A stretch of DNA of 34,366 nt from Planctomycetaceae bacterium (GCA_022614795.1 JAKEHX010000154.1:1-34366), one strand, 5' to 3'; positions 22,637 to 32,051 are shown, counted from the stretch's first letter. Numbers and translations: made by a program. Notes: a model not told the origin generated them from the letters alone.

Positions 22637-23956
22637 ATGCTCCGCACATTCGCATCCGCACACGTTACCGGCGAGGGCGTTGCCAGCCGCCGCGGGTTTT
22701 TGAAGTCGCTGGCCGTGGCAGGCGGGACTGGCGCGATCAGCCTGAGCTGGCGCGATATGTTGCTGGCCAAGGCCGCCGAGCTGAAACAGGCTGGCAAGAA
22801 GATGATTTTGCTGTGGATGGACGGCGGGCCGTCGCAGTACGACACGTTCAATCCCAAGCCGGGGTCGGAGTTTCAGGGGCCGACGCAAGCGATCGATACC
22901 AAGGTGCCAGGGATACAGATTGGCGAGCACTGGCCCAAGACAGCCCAGGTGTTCGACAAGATCGCCCTGATCCGCTCGATGGTTAGCGACGAACGCGATC
23001 ATTTCCGGGCGATCAAGCTCGTGCGGACCGGCTATCCGATCAAGCCCACGATTCCCTATCCGACGTGGGGCAGCGTCGTCGCCCGCGACCGGTTCGATCC
23101 GGGCTTCGACCTGCCTGCGTTCGTGCGGATCGGCAGCCCGCGGATCAAGACCCGCGACGTTAATAGCGGCGTCCTGGGACCGCGGTTCGAATCGTTCAAG
23201 ATCGCCGAGCCGGGCAAGCTGCCCGAGGACGTGCATCCGACCGTGCCGGCCGATGTTTTGCAGCGACGGCTGGCGCTGGCGGCCAGGCTGGACAGCGAGT
23301 TCGCCGCCCGCGGCAGCGCCCGGGCCGCCCGTGAGCAGCGCGAAATCTATGATCGCACCAGCCGCTTCGTCCTGAGCCCCATGCTCGACGTGTTCAACCT
23401 CGACAAGGAAACCGATGCATTGCGCGACGCCTATGGCCGCAATGCTTTCGGCCAGGGGTGCTTACTCGCCCGGCGGCTGGTCGAGGCGGGGGTGAGCTTT
23501 GTCGAGGTCATCAACAGCGGCACGCTCAATGACCAGGGCTGGGACACGCACAAGCGAGGCTTCAAGGAGAACCCGATTCTGGCCGGCGAAACCGACAGCG
23601 GCTATGCGATGCTGCTGACGGATCTTGCCCAGCGGGGCCTCTTGGACGACACGCTGGTCGTGTGGATGGGCGAGTTCTGCCGCACGCCGAAATATGAGGA
23701 CAACGCCGGCGGGCGGAACCACTACAGCGAAGGCTGGCTGGTGGGCCTGTCGGGCGGCGGCGTGAAGATGGGGCAGGCGATCGGTGCGACCGACGCCGAC
23801 AATGTGAAGGTAACCGACCGGCCGATCGGCGTCTCGGACCTGTTCGTCACGTTCTGCCACGTCCTGGGCCTGAATCCGCACGACGAATACACAACCGAAC
23901 TCAACCAGCCGCTGAAGCTGGTCGAGGGGGGCGAGGTGATCAAGGAGTTGTTTTGA
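22637..23956 (+). CDS. DUF1501 domain-containing (sulfatase-like) protein with a Tat signal
   Basis: Twin-arginine SRRGFLKSLAVAGGTGA. The family signature is LLWMDGGPSQYDTFNPKP, IRSMVSDERDH and VWMGEFCRTP. Confidence 0.92.
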   Translation: MLRTFASAHVTGEGVASRRGFLKSLAVAGGTGAISLSWRDMLLAKAAELKQAGKKMILLWMDGGPSQYDTFNPKPGSEFQGPTQAIDTKVPGIQIGEHWPKTAQVFDKIALIRSMVSDERDHFRAIKLVRTGYPIKPTIPYPTWGSVVARDRFDPGFDLPAFVRIGSPRIKTRDVNSGVLGPRFESFKIAEPGKLPEDVHPTVPADVLQRRLALAARLDSEFAARGSARAAREQREIYDRTSRFVLSPMLDVFNLDKETDALRDAYGRNAFGQGCLLARRLVEAGVSFVEVINSGTLNDQGWDTHKRGFKENPILAGETDSGYAMLLTDLAQRGLLDDTLVVWMGEFCRTPKYEDNAGGRNHYSEGWLVGLSGGGVKMGQAIGATDADNVKVTDRPIGVSDLFVTFCHVLGLNPHDEYTTELNQPLKLVEGGEVIKELF

Positions 23957-23958
23957 AG

Positions 23959-24040
23959 GGCGAGCGGAAAGCGTGAGCCTCCCGATGGCGATGAGTAGCG
24001 CCAAGTCGCCCTATCGGGAGGCTTACGCCTCCCGCTCGCC
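23959..24040. terminator. Large nested hairpin between convergent genes (probable bidirectional terminator)
   Basis: Outer stem GGCGAGCGG (23959-23967) / CCGCTCGCC (24032-24040). Inner stem GCGTGAGCCTCCCGAT (23971-23986) / ATCGGGAGGCTTACGC (24013-24028), matching at 15 of 16 positions. Confidence 0.5.
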
Positions 24041-24045
24041 GGAAG

Positions 24046-24888
24046 TCAGTTCATAATCTCGCGCACGCTGCCTTCGATCGTGCGGCAGATATCGTCGAGC
24101 TTCAGGTCGTCCTCGTGGTCGCCGAAAGGGTCCTCGATCTCTTCGGCGATCAATTCCACGCCGAGCATGAAATAGGTGATGAGGGCCATCACGGGTACGG
24201 ACCACCAGTCGAAGTCCTTCACCAGGCCCCAGGGGAGCGTAATGAGGTAGATGGCGATCGACTGGCGGATGAACCAGCGATAGGAGATCGAGATGGGCGA
24301 CTTCTGAATCCGCTCGCAGGCGCCGCAGACGTTCATCAGCGACGACGCGTGCTGATCGAGAAACAAAAGCTCGAAGCCGCCGATCTGCTCGGCTTGCCGC
24401 CAGCGTTCGAGCTGGTCATAGATTTTTTCCGAGAGATACGCGGGGACATGCTGCGGCCGCTCGGTGCTGCTCTCGAAGCCGGGGAGCTGGGCCAGCTCGA
24501 TGCCGCCGCGGAGGTGCCCCTTGAGGGCGTAGGCAAAGTCGATCAGCCACTGGCCGAGCTGGTCCTTTTCGGATTCGTCGGCTTGCACGCACGTTTCGAC
24601 CTTGATGGCCAGGTTGCGGCTGTCGTTGACGAGTTGGCCCCAGAGTTTGCGGCCTTCCCACCAGCGGTCGTAGGAGGTGTTGGTGCGAAACACGAGCAGC
24701 GTGCCGAGCACCAGGCCGAGCACGGCCAGGAACTGCGAGCCGAGCTCGATGAATTCGTCGAAGAACGTGTACTCGATCCAGCAGACCAGGGCGGCATAAA
24801 CGACGGAGACCGCGACGGCGCCCCAAATGCGGGCGGCGATCGGCGTGCTGTGAAGCGACGTGAGGACGGCGACCCAAGGACGAATCAT
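24046..24888 (-). CDS. Bestrophin-family (UPF0187/YneE-like) anion channel
   Basis: FRTNTSYDRWWEGRKLWGQLVNDSRNLA is the bestrophin hallmark, with four hydrophobic segments. Start trimmed to ATG 24888 (MIRPWVAVLTS...). Confidence 0.88.
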   Translation of the reverse strand: MIRPWVAVLTSLHSTPIAARIWGAVAVSVVYAALVCWIEYTFFDEFIELGSQFLAVLGLVLGTLLVFRTNTSYDRWWEGRKLWGQLVNDSRNLAIKVETCVQADESEKDQLGQWLIDFAYALKGHLRGGIELAQLPGFESSTERPQHVPAYLSEKIYDQLERWRQAEQIGGFELLFLDQHASSLMNVCGACERIQKSPISISYRWFIRQSIAIYLITLPWGLVKDFDWWSVPVMALITYFMLGVELIAEEIEDPFGDHEDDLKLDDICRTIEGSVREIMN

Positions 24889-24970
24889 AGGCGATTGGCG
24901 GCAAGCGGTCGGCAAAGTACGGTGAGCGATTGATAGCGTAACCGAAACCGGGCACTTGGGAGAGACGGAC

Positions 24971-25669
24971 ATGGTCCAGCAGCTTGTGGCCGGCGTCCAC
25001 CACTTCAAGCGGCAGGTGTTCCGGCAGCAGCAGGAGCTGTTTGCGCGGCTTGCTCAGGGGCAAAGTCCGCAGACGCTGTTCATCACCTGCTCCGATTCGC
25101 GAATCGATCCGAACCTGATCACGCACACCGATCCGGGCGACCTGTTCGTGATCCGCAACGCGGGCAATATCATTCCGGCTTACAGCGCGGCCAGCGGCGG
25201 CGAGATCGCGTCGATCGAATTCGCGATCATGGGCGTGGGCGTCAGCGACATCGTGATCTGCGGCCATTCGCACTGCGGGGCGATGAAGGGTCTCCTGCAC
25301 CCCGAGTATGTGACCGAAATGCCCGCGGTCGGCCAGTGGCTCGCGCATGCCGAGGCGACGCGGCGGATCGTCAAATCGAAATATGGCCAGCGGGCCGAGA
25401 GCGAGCAGCTCGAAGTGGCGATCGAGGAAAACGTGCTCGTGCAAATCGAGAATCTACAGACCCATCCGGCGGTGGCCGTCGCGCTAGCCGAAGGGAAGCT
25501 GAAGTTGCACGCCTGGGTGTATGACATCGCGACCGGGGAGGTGTTTGCGTACGACGATGATGCCGAGCAGTACGTGCCGCTGGGGGACGTGCGGCCCGTG
25601 GCGCCGGGACCAACTGCCCGGCTGGCGGATGTGAAATCGGGGGATGCGCGGTTTCATGCGGAGACGTAA
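24971..25669 (+). CDS. Beta-class carbonic anhydrase
   Basis: CSDSR zinc and active-site motif, then GHSHCGAM. ATG 24971 with GGGAGAG 6-7 nt upstream was preferred over the TTG track start at 24956. Confidence 0.92.
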   Translation: MVQQLVAGVHHFKRQVFRQQQELFARLAQGQSPQTLFITCSDSRIDPNLITHTDPGDLFVIRNAGNIIPAYSAASGGEIASIEFAIMGVGVSDIVICGHSHCGAMKGLLHPEYVTEMPAVGQWLAHAEATRRIVKSKYGQRAESEQLEVAIEENVLVQIENLQTHPAVAVALAEGKLKLHAWVYDIATGEVFAYDDDAEQYVPLGDVRPVAPGPTARLADVKSGDARFHAET

Positions 25670-25677
25670 CTCGGTAG

Positions 25678-25745
25678 CAGAACTCGCCAGAGTTCTGGCA
25701 CCTGAATTCTGGCGAATTCAGCTACAGGCAGGTTACAAACCTGCC
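25678..25745. terminator. Twin hairpins plus a third hairpin between convergent genes
   Basis: CAGAACTC-GCCA-GAGTTCTG (25678-25697) and CTGAATTC-TGGC-GAATTCAG (25702-25721) have complementary loops and two compensated stem changes. GGCAGGTT-ACA-AACCTGCC (25727-25745) overlaps the dehydratase stop codon. Confidence 0.6.
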
Positions 25746-27706
25746 CTACCTAGCGCCTCGACGATTTTCTCGACGTCGTACACGCAGCCGCCCCAGGTGC
25801 CGCCGCCCACGCGCTGGAGGGCGGCCCAGAGTTTCGTTTCGGCGGGCAAGTCCTTGTCGGGCGCGAGGCCAGGCCGCGGCGGCCGGGCGGCGAGCACCGC
25901 GGCGCCTTCCGCGGGGGAGAAAGTACGCTGTCCATCGCCTACAAGATCCACAGAGCCGGTGAGCTCGTTGCGATCGACGACGATGCGGATCAGGTCGCCG
26001 TCGCGGACCTTGCCGATCGGCCCGCCCGCGAGCGCCTCGGGCCCGACGTGGCCGATGCAGGCGCCGGTGCTCACGCCCGAAAAGCGGGCGTCGGTGACCA
26101 CGGCCACTTCGCGGCCCCACTTGAGGAACTTGAGAGCCGACGTGATCTGATAGGTTTCCTCCATGCCGCTCCCCATCGGACCGCGACCCATCAGCACCAG
26201 CACATCGCCCGGCTTGAGCGGCCGGTCCGATTGCCCCTTGATCGCGGCAATTGCCTCACGCTCGGTCGTGAAGACGCGCGCCGGGCCGATCTTGCGATAA
26301 ACCCCGTCCGCATCGACCACGGCGGGGTCGATCGCGGTGGCCTTAATCACGGCGCCTTCCGGGCATAAGTTGCCGACCGGAAAGCAGACGGTGCTGGTGA
26401 GTCCACGGCGGCGGGCCTGATCAGGCGGGATGATCACGTCGTCCGGATCGATGCCGTCGCGCTCCTTCAGCAAGGCCCGCACCGCCTTTCGCCGCTCGGA
26501 TTTCTCCCACCAGGCGAGCACGTCGTCGAGCGTTTGGCCGGTCACCGTAAGCACGTCAAGGTCCAACAGGCCCAGCTCGCGCAAATGCAACATGATTTCC
26601 GGTACACCCCCGGCCAGGAAGACGCGCACCGTCGGGTGATTCACCGGTCCGTTTGGCAGCACCGAGACGAACCGCGGGACGCGGCGGTTGACCTCGCTCC
26701 ACTGGGCCACGGTCGGCCGCGCGAGGCCAGCCGCAAAGGCGATGGCCGGGATGTGCAAAAGCAGGTTGGTCGAGCCGCCACAAGCGGCGTGAACGACCAT
26801 TGCGTTGCGGACACTCGCCTCGGTCAAGATGTCGCGCATTTTCAAGCCGCGAGCGACGAGCTGGCCCGCGGCGCGGGCGCTATTGGCCGCCAGGTCGAGC
26901 CAAACCGGCTGGCCGCTGGGGGCCAGTGCCGAGTGGGGCAGGGCGATGCCCAGCGCCTCGGCCACCACCTGCGAAGTTGCAGCCGTGCCCAGGAACTGGC
27001 AGCCGCCGCCGGGGGTGCCGCACGCAGCGCAGCCCGCGACTGCGGCCTCTTCCAGCGTGATTTCGCCATGCACATATCGAGCGCCGATCGTCTGCACCTT
27101 GCCCGCGTCTTCGCCTTTGGTCGGCGGCAGCGTCACGCCGCCCGGCACAATCACGCCGGGCAGTTCGCGGGCCGCGGCCAGGGCGATCATCATCGCCGGC
27201 AGGCCCTTGTCGCAGGTAGCCACGCCGATCACAGCCGAACGCTGCGGCAGCGAGCGGATCAGCCGCCCCAGCACGATCGCCGCGTCGTTGCGGTAGGGCA
27301 GGCTGTCGAACATCCCGGTCGTTCCCTGCGTGCGGCCGTCGCACGGGTCGGAGCAGTAGGCGGCAAACGGTACACCGCCCAGGGCTTTCACCTCACGGGC
27401 CGCCGCCTGCACGAGCAAGCCGACTTCCCAGTGGCCCGTGTGGTAGCCGAGAGCGATTGGCGTCCCGTCCTGCGCGCGGACACCTCCCTGCGTGCTCAGG
27501 ATCAAATACTGCGGCCCCAAGAGGTCGGCCGGATTCCAGCCCATGCCGGCCGCTTGCGTCAGGCCGAACAGGTCGCCGCTCGACCAGTTGCGGAGCATCT
27601 CGTCGCTCAGCGGCAGCTTGCCCGCTGGCCCAGCGGCGTGCGTGTGGATTTCGCGCAAAGCGGGCGAGTTGCGTTCGAGCAGATCAGCGAGCGATGCAGC
27701 GGACAT
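25733..27706 (-). CDS. IlvD/Edd-family dehydratase, YjhG/YagF-type D-xylonate dehydratase
   Basis: 657 aa and colinear with E. coli YjhG/YagF as I recall it (655 aa). Shared segments are [88 protein letters not shown] and GGTW.GC.YDV. Confidence 0.88.
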   Translation of the reverse strand: MSAASLADLLERNSPALREIHTHAAGPAGKLPLSDEMLRNWSSGDLFGLTQAAGMGWNPADLLGPQYLILSTQGGVRAQDGTPIALGYHTGHWEVGLLVQAAAREVKALGGVPFAAYCSDPCDGRTQGTTGMFDSLPYRNDAAIVLGRLIRSLPQRSAVIGVATCDKGLPAMMIALAAARELPGVIVPGGVTLPPTKGEDAGKVQTIGARYVHGEITLEEAAVAGCAACGTPGGGCQFLGTAATSQVVAEALGIALPHSALAPSGQPVWLDLAANSARAAGQLVARGLKMRDILTEASVRNAMVVHAACGGSTNLLLHIPAIAFAAGLARPTVAQWSEVNRRVPRFVSVLPNGPVNHPTVRVFLAGGVPEIMLHLRELGLLDLDVLTVTGQTLDDVLAWWEKSERRKAVRALLKERDGIDPDDVIIPPDQARRRGLTSTVCFPVGNLCPEGAVIKATAIDPAVVDADGVYRKIGPARVFTTEREAIAAIKGQSDRPLKPGDVLVLMGRGPMGSGMEETYQITSALKFLKWGREVAVVTDARFSGVSTGACIGHVGPEALAGGPIGKVRDGDLIRIVVDRNELTGSVDLVGDGQRTFSPAEGAAVLAARPPRPGLAPDKDLPAETKLWAALQRVGGGTWGGCVYDVEKIVEALGRAGL

Positions 27707-27715
27707 GCGGCGGTC

Positions 27716-28408
27716 TCAAGGCAAGTTGGGTTCGTTGACGGGCGAGGGTTTCTGGGAATCTCCAGGGCCCGCCCAAGCGCGAAAGGCGGCGACCATCAGC
27801 ACGGGCAAGGCGATCGCCACGGCCAAGGCCAGCGGCAACGAATGGTACCGCTGGGCCAGCTCGCCGAACAGCGAGTAGGCAAGCGCCAGGCCCAGATTTG
27901 CCAAGAGCACCGGCGGCAGAAACTGCCGCCACGTCAGGCCATGCATGCCAAACAGGAGTACGGTCGCCTCGGCCAGCACAGGTACGCCGCGTCCTAGCAC
28001 CAGGAGCAATGGCCCAAACCGCTCGACCAGGGCGGCGGTGCGGCGCACGTCGCCTTTTCGCGTCAGCCAGCCGGCGAGCCCCGGCCCGTAGCGCCGGGCG
28101 ATCGCAAAGCCCACGATGGCCCCCAGGCTCATGCCCGTCCACGACGCGGCTGTTCCACCCATGGCGCCAAGCTGCGAGCCAGCGAGCGTGCTCACGAGGC
28201 TCGATGGAATTGGAAGAAACACGTCAGTGGCCAGCAGCAGCACGACGGCCGCGGCAACAATAGGAGCAGCGGGCGGGTGATCGCGCCAGGCACCGAGCCA
28301 CGCCTCCACGCGCTCGCCGAAGAGCAAAAACGGCACGATTGGAATCGCCAGAACGACGATCATCGGCAGCATCGGACGAAGCAAATCACGCACGGCCAGG
28401 CTCACCAT
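27716..28408 (-). CDS. TVP38/TMEM64 (DedA-like, SNARE-associated) membrane protein
   Basis: LLLATDVFLPIPSSLVSTLAGSQLG...GAIVGFAIARRYG...VERFGPLLLVLGRGVPVLAE pattern with multiple TM helices. ATG 28408 was preferred; the track start at 28459 is an alternative. The gene ends 9 nt before the dehydratase start. Confidence 0.8.
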   Translation of the reverse strand: MVSLAVRDLLRPMLPMIVVLAIPIVPFLLFGERVEAWLGAWRDHPPAAPIVAAAVVLLLATDVFLPIPSSLVSTLAGSQLGAMGGTAASWTGMSLGAIVGFAIARRYGPGLAGWLTRKGDVRRTAALVERFGPLLLVLGRGVPVLAEATVLLFGMHGLTWRQFLPPVLLANLGLALAYSLFGELAQRYHSLPLALAVAIALPVLMVAAFRAWAGPGDSQKPSPVNEPNLP

Positions 28409-28526
28409 AGTCGCCTTTCGCTCCGCTAACGGCGACACTACCGAATCGGCAAGAAGCACCTATAATCAACCTACTCAGCGAGCAGCCGCCCGTCTCCCCC
28501 CGCTTTCTTGAACGACATCCGCCGCG

Positions 28527-30944
28527 ATGAATCTCGATCGGGCCCTGCATTACATCACGGCCGCTTTGGCGGTCATGGGGGCGCTGTTTCTTGGATTGGG
28601 CCACGAAAGCGTGGTCCTGCCGCTGGCTTTGGGACTGGCCGCCGTGGTGTCGGTGGGCCTGTCCAGACGCTTCCCTTGGCTGCGGCTCAACTGGCTGATC
28701 GCGAATCTGATGGCTCTCACGGCCGTCGTGTGGTCGATGCGGAGTTTTCTCAACAGCCGGATGGAAGATCAGCTCCTGGCGATCGCCGACATGCTCGTCT
28801 ACCTGCAAATTGTGCTTCTGTTTCAGGAGAAGACAGCGCGGGTTTATTGGCAGCTCATCGTGCTGAGCTTGCTGCAAGTGGTGGTTGCCGCGGCGCTGAA
28901 TCTCGGGCCGCAGTTCGGACTGCTGCTTGTGGCCTATATGTTGATGGCCATGTTGGCCCTGGTGCTTTTGTGTTCGTATCGCGAATGGCGAAAGTTCCGG
29001 CCGGCCTTGCCCGACTTGCCAGCCGCGGCCAGCCTGCTGGGCGAGCCGTTGGCAGCTTCGCCGCACTCAGCCGCCGCCGTCGCGGAGGGCACGCGACTGG
29101 CCGCGAAAGTGCGGCAGTCGGCCCTGCTGGGCCTGGCGACGGTCGCCTTTGCCGGTGTGTTCTTTTATGCCACACCGCGAAACCCGCAAGGCGCCTGGTC
29201 CGACTTGCGACGCGGCGCCAGCATCTCGTCCGGCTACAGAAACCAGGTAACCCTCGCCGAGTCGGGCCGGATCCACCTAAGCAACCAGCTTGTGATGCGC
29301 GTCTCGGTTTCGTCGGCATCCACGCGGGAACCTTATGCACTGGTTTCCGAGCCCTATTTTCATGGGCTGGCTCTGTCCGACTACTTGCACGACAGCGCCG
29401 GAGGCCGCTGGATCGTCGGCCGCCTGCCGCGTCCAAATGCCGGGCCACTTCCGCTGAGCCCAGCCAATCAAACCGTCCCGATCGCCAGCCTGGTACGCCA
29501 GGACTATCTGCTCGAGGGGGGAGCGAACCAGTTGTTCGCAATCTTGCCCATTTATTCCGTGGACGGCACACCGAGCGAAATATCGGTCCGCCCCAGTTCC
29601 GGCCGGCTGGTACACAACATGTCGCCGGACGAATCGCGGCCAATGCGCGAATTCCGCTATTCGATCGCCACAAGCAGTCTGCGCAACGGCCGGCAACTCC
29701 GGGGAATCCCGCATCGCGTTCGCAACATCACAGATGGGGACAAGGTCTTCCTCCATAATGAGAGCCTGTTTCTGACGCAATTCGATCAGCAGCGGTTTGC
29801 AGGACTGGCGGCGCTGGCTGACCTCGTGATCCGCGAAGCCGGCGTCGAGCAGGCCGGGCGGCTCGAGCAAGTGCTGGCACTCGAGCGCCACTTTACCGAA
29901 CCGGGGCGCTATCAGTACTCGCTGAACCTTGACTACAAGCGCGATCCCCAGCTCGACCCGATCGAGGATTTCGTCGTCAATCACCGGACCGGCCACTGCG
30001 AGTATTTTGCCAGCGCCCTGGTGATGATGCTTCGCAGCCGCAAGATTCCCGCCCGCATGATCATCGGCTATCGCGGGGGCGACTTTAACACGATCGGCAA
30101 TTATTACCAGGTGCGGCAGCGACACGCCCACGCCTGGGTCGAGGCCCTGCTCCCAGCAGACGAGGTCCCCGAATGGGAACTCGCGGGAACTCCCTCGGGG
30201 GGCGGAACCTGGTATCGGCTCGATCCGACGCCGCCGTCGCTCCGCCTGGCGGTGGCCAGCGACCAGGAGGGCATCGCCGGGCAGGTCATGCAGACATTTG
30301 ACTATGCTGAATTGTTGTGGCGGGATTATGTGCTCAGCCTCAATGCGATGAAGCAGCGCGACTCGATCTACGACCCTGTTTCCAGCCGGGCGCTGAACGC
30401 GCTTCCGGCTTGGGCCGAAACAGCGGGAATGGGCCGCCGGTTTCGCTGGCTCGCGCGGCTGGTTGGCATGAATCCTGACGCGAAGGCGGCGGCCAATTCG
30501 CCCACGCCACGGGCGTTTGACTGGCGGTCGGGCGTGTTGGCGATGGGTTTGGCCCTCATCGCGATCGGCGCGGCAAACGGCATCTACCTCGTGCTCATGC
30601 GGTGGGGGCCGGCGCGGCGGCGCGTCGCGGCAGGCGCTCGTCGCCAGCGCTCGCTCGTGCCGGCGTTCTACCGCCGGCTGGAGTCGCTTCTAGCCTGTTT
30701 GCCGCTGCGGCGAGAGCCGGGGCAAACCGCCCGAGAGCTGGCCGAGCGGGCAGCGGAGCGCCTCGACCACGCCAGCATCGCCGACCCTCTTCTTCACCCG
30801 CACGTCGCCCAGCTGCCGAGGGAGATTGTCGACGCCTATTACCGCGTCCGCTTCGGCGGAGCCGCCCTGGACAGCCACGAACAGGCCGCGATAGAACATG
30901 CGCTGGCGGAATTGACTCCCGCGGTCCAGCAAGCGCAAAGATGA
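28527..30944 (+). CDS. TgpA-like transglutaminase-domain membrane protein (DUF3488-like TM region + transglutaminase core + C-terminal TM/DUF4129-like region)
   Basis: N-terminal multi-TM region. The core is HRTGHCEYFASALVMMLRSRKIPARMIIGY...HAWVEA...WYRLDPTP, which holds the Cys-His-Asp triad context. Confidence 0.88.
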   Translation: MNLDRALHYITAALAVMGALFLGLGHESVVLPLALGLAAVVSVGLSRRFPWLRLNWLIANLMALTAVVWSMRSFLNSRMEDQLLAIADMLVYLQIVLLFQEKTARVYWQLIVLSLLQVVVAAALNLGPQFGLLLVAYMLMAMLALVLLCSYREWRKFRPALPDLPAAASLLGEPLAASPHSAAAVAEGTRLAAKVRQSALLGLATVAFAGVFFYATPRNPQGAWSDLRRGASISSGYRNQVTLAESGRIHLSNQLVMRVSVSSASTREPYALVSEPYFHGLALSDYLHDSAGGRWIVGRLPRPNAGPLPLSPANQTVPIASLVRQDYLLEGGANQLFAILPIYSVDGTPSEISVRPSSGRLVHNMSPDESRPMREFRYSIATSSLRNGRQLRGIPHRVRNITDGDKVFLHNESLFLTQFDQQRFAGLAALADLVIREAGVEQAGRLEQVLALERHFTEPGRYQYSLNLDYKRDPQLDPIEDFVVNHRTGHCEYFASALVMMLRSRKIPARMIIGYRGGDFNTIGNYYQVRQRHAHAWVEALLPADEVPEWELAGTPSGGGTWYRLDPTPPSLRLAVASDQEGIAGQVMQTFDYAELLWRDYVLSLNAMKQRDSIYDPVSSRALNALPAWAETAGMGRRFRWLARLVGMNPDAKAAANSPTPRAFDWRSGVLAMGLALIAIGAANGIYLVLMRWGPARRRVAAGARRQRSLVPAFYRRLESLLACLPLRREPGQTARELAERAAERLDHASIADPLLHPHVAQLPREIVDAYYRVRFGGAALDSHEQAAIEHALAELTPAVQQAQR

Positions 30945-31966
30945 AAATCGGCATCGTCGGCTATCAGGGCTCTGGCAAAAGCACGCTCTTCCATTGGCTC
31001 ACAGGGGTCGCCCCCGACCCGGCATTGGCCCACACGATTCAGTCGGCGATGGCGACCGTGCCCGATGAGCGCATCGAGCCGCTGTGCAAGATTTACATGC
31101 CCAAGAAGATCACTCAAGCGGCAATTGAAATCGTCGATACTCCTGGACTTTCCCGCACCCATGAGGGGAGCGCCGTCAAGCTGGCAATGATCCGCGAGGC
31201 CGGGGCGCTGATCGTTGTGGTCGCCAATTTCGGCGACGCCGACGCGGCCGGCGACCTTCAGAACTTCGAAGACGACCTGCTAATCGCTGATCTGGACATT
31301 CTCACAGGCCGGGTCGAGCGGCTGCGGGATTCGCTCAAAAAGCCGCGGCCCAACCGCGAAAAGGAACAGGAAGAGCTGGACCTGCTGGCGCCGATTCTGG
31401 TGGAGCTGGAGGCGGGCAAGGCAATCGCCAAATTGCCGCTCTCGCTCGAGCAGCGGAAGGCGATCAAGTCGTTTCAGCTATTTAGCGACAAGCCCCGGCT
31501 AGTGATTGTCAACATTGCCGACGATGACGCGGACCCCGGGCGGTTCGCCAAGCTGGCCCCGCCCGGAACAGAGCTGGTGGCGCTATCGCTGACGCTCCAA
31601 ATGGACCTGGCGGCGATGTCCCCCTCCGAGCGGGACGAATTCTGCCGCGAAATGCACGTCGAGCCGTTCGATCGTGACTCGCTGCTGCGGCGGATCATGA
31701 CCGCTTCGGGCCAGATGCTGTTCTTCACCGCCGGCGATAAGGAGGTCCGCACGTGGCTCATCCGGCAAGGGGGCACGGCCCTGGAAGCTGCGGCGGGGAT
31801 TCACACCGACCTGGCCAAGGGCTTTATTCGGGCGGAAACCATGACCGTCGCCGACCTGGTCCGCCTGGGAAGCGAGCGCGAAATCAAAGCCGCCGGTCTG
31901 ATGCGGCAAGAGCCGAAAGATTATGTAATTCGGGACGGCGACATTATTACGATTAAGCATAACTGA
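30941..31966 (+). CDS. ychF: YchF-like (OLA1 family) P-loop NTPase
   Basis: MKIGIVGYQGSGKSTLF P-loop, and a C-terminal FFTAGDKEVRTWLIRQGGTALEAAAGIHTDLAKGFIRAE...DYVIRDGDIITIKHN that matches the YchF DUF933/TGS end. The start is the ATG at codon 114 of track ORF 30602..31966. It overlaps the TgpA stop codon (ATGA). The upstream 113 codons are Arg/Pro/Ala shadow sequence. Confidence 0.88.
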   Translation: MKIGIVGYQGSGKSTLFHWLTGVAPDPALAHTIQSAMATVPDERIEPLCKIYMPKKITQAAIEIVDTPGLSRTHEGSAVKLAMIREAGALIVVVANFGDADAAGDLQNFEDDLLIADLDILTGRVERLRDSLKKPRPNREKEQEELDLLAPILVELEAGKAIAKLPLSLEQRKAIKSFQLFSDKPRLVIVNIADDDADPGRFAKLAPPGTELVALSLTLQMDLAAMSPSERDEFCREMHVEPFDRDSLLRRIMTASGQMLFFTAGDKEVRTWLIRQGGTALEAAAGIHTDLAKGFIRAETMTVADLVRLGSEREIKAAGLMRQEPKDYVIRDGDIITIKHN

Positions 31967-32051
31967 GTCATTTGTCATTGGTCACTTGTCATTAGTCACG
32001 TGCTTGACCTTTACCCCTGACCCTGAACTCTGACCACTGAACCTTGAACCC
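31967..32051. repeat. Simple-repeat spacer: about five tandem GTCAYTN heptamers followed by TGAC/TGAA-rich degenerate repeats
   Basis: GTCATTT GTCATTG GTCACTT GTCATTA GTCACGT, followed by CCCCTGACCCTGAACTCTGACCACTGAACCTTGAACCC. Read directly. Confidence 0.6.

Noticed and set aside
22613-24004. Minus-strand ORFs 22613..23236 and 23462..24004
   Set aside because: They are antisense to the DUF1501 gene, which has a Tat signal and family motifs.
24115-25444. ORFs 24115..24933 (+) and 24416..25444 (-) overlapping the bestrophin and carbonic anhydrase genes
   Set aside because: They are shadow frames. The accepted frames contain the RTNTSYDRWWEGRKLW and CSDSR/HSHCG hallmarks.
26534-27997. 487-aa plus-strand ORF across the dehydratase and DedA genes
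   Set aside because: It is an Arg/Gly/Ala/His-rich antisense frame. The minus strand is colinear with YjhG/YagF over its full length.
28508-30131. ORFs 28508..29758 (+, alternative frame), 28855..29673 (-) and 29277..30131 (-) within the TgpA-like gene
   Set aside because: Composition is typical of off-frame high-GC sequence. The accepted frame shows TM helices and the transglutaminase Cys-His-Asp core.
30602-30940. 113-codon N-terminal extension of the ychF ORF
   Set aside because: It is an Arg/Pro/Ala/Ser shadow overlapping the 3' end of the TgpA-like gene. YchF homology starts at MKIGIVGYQGSGKST.
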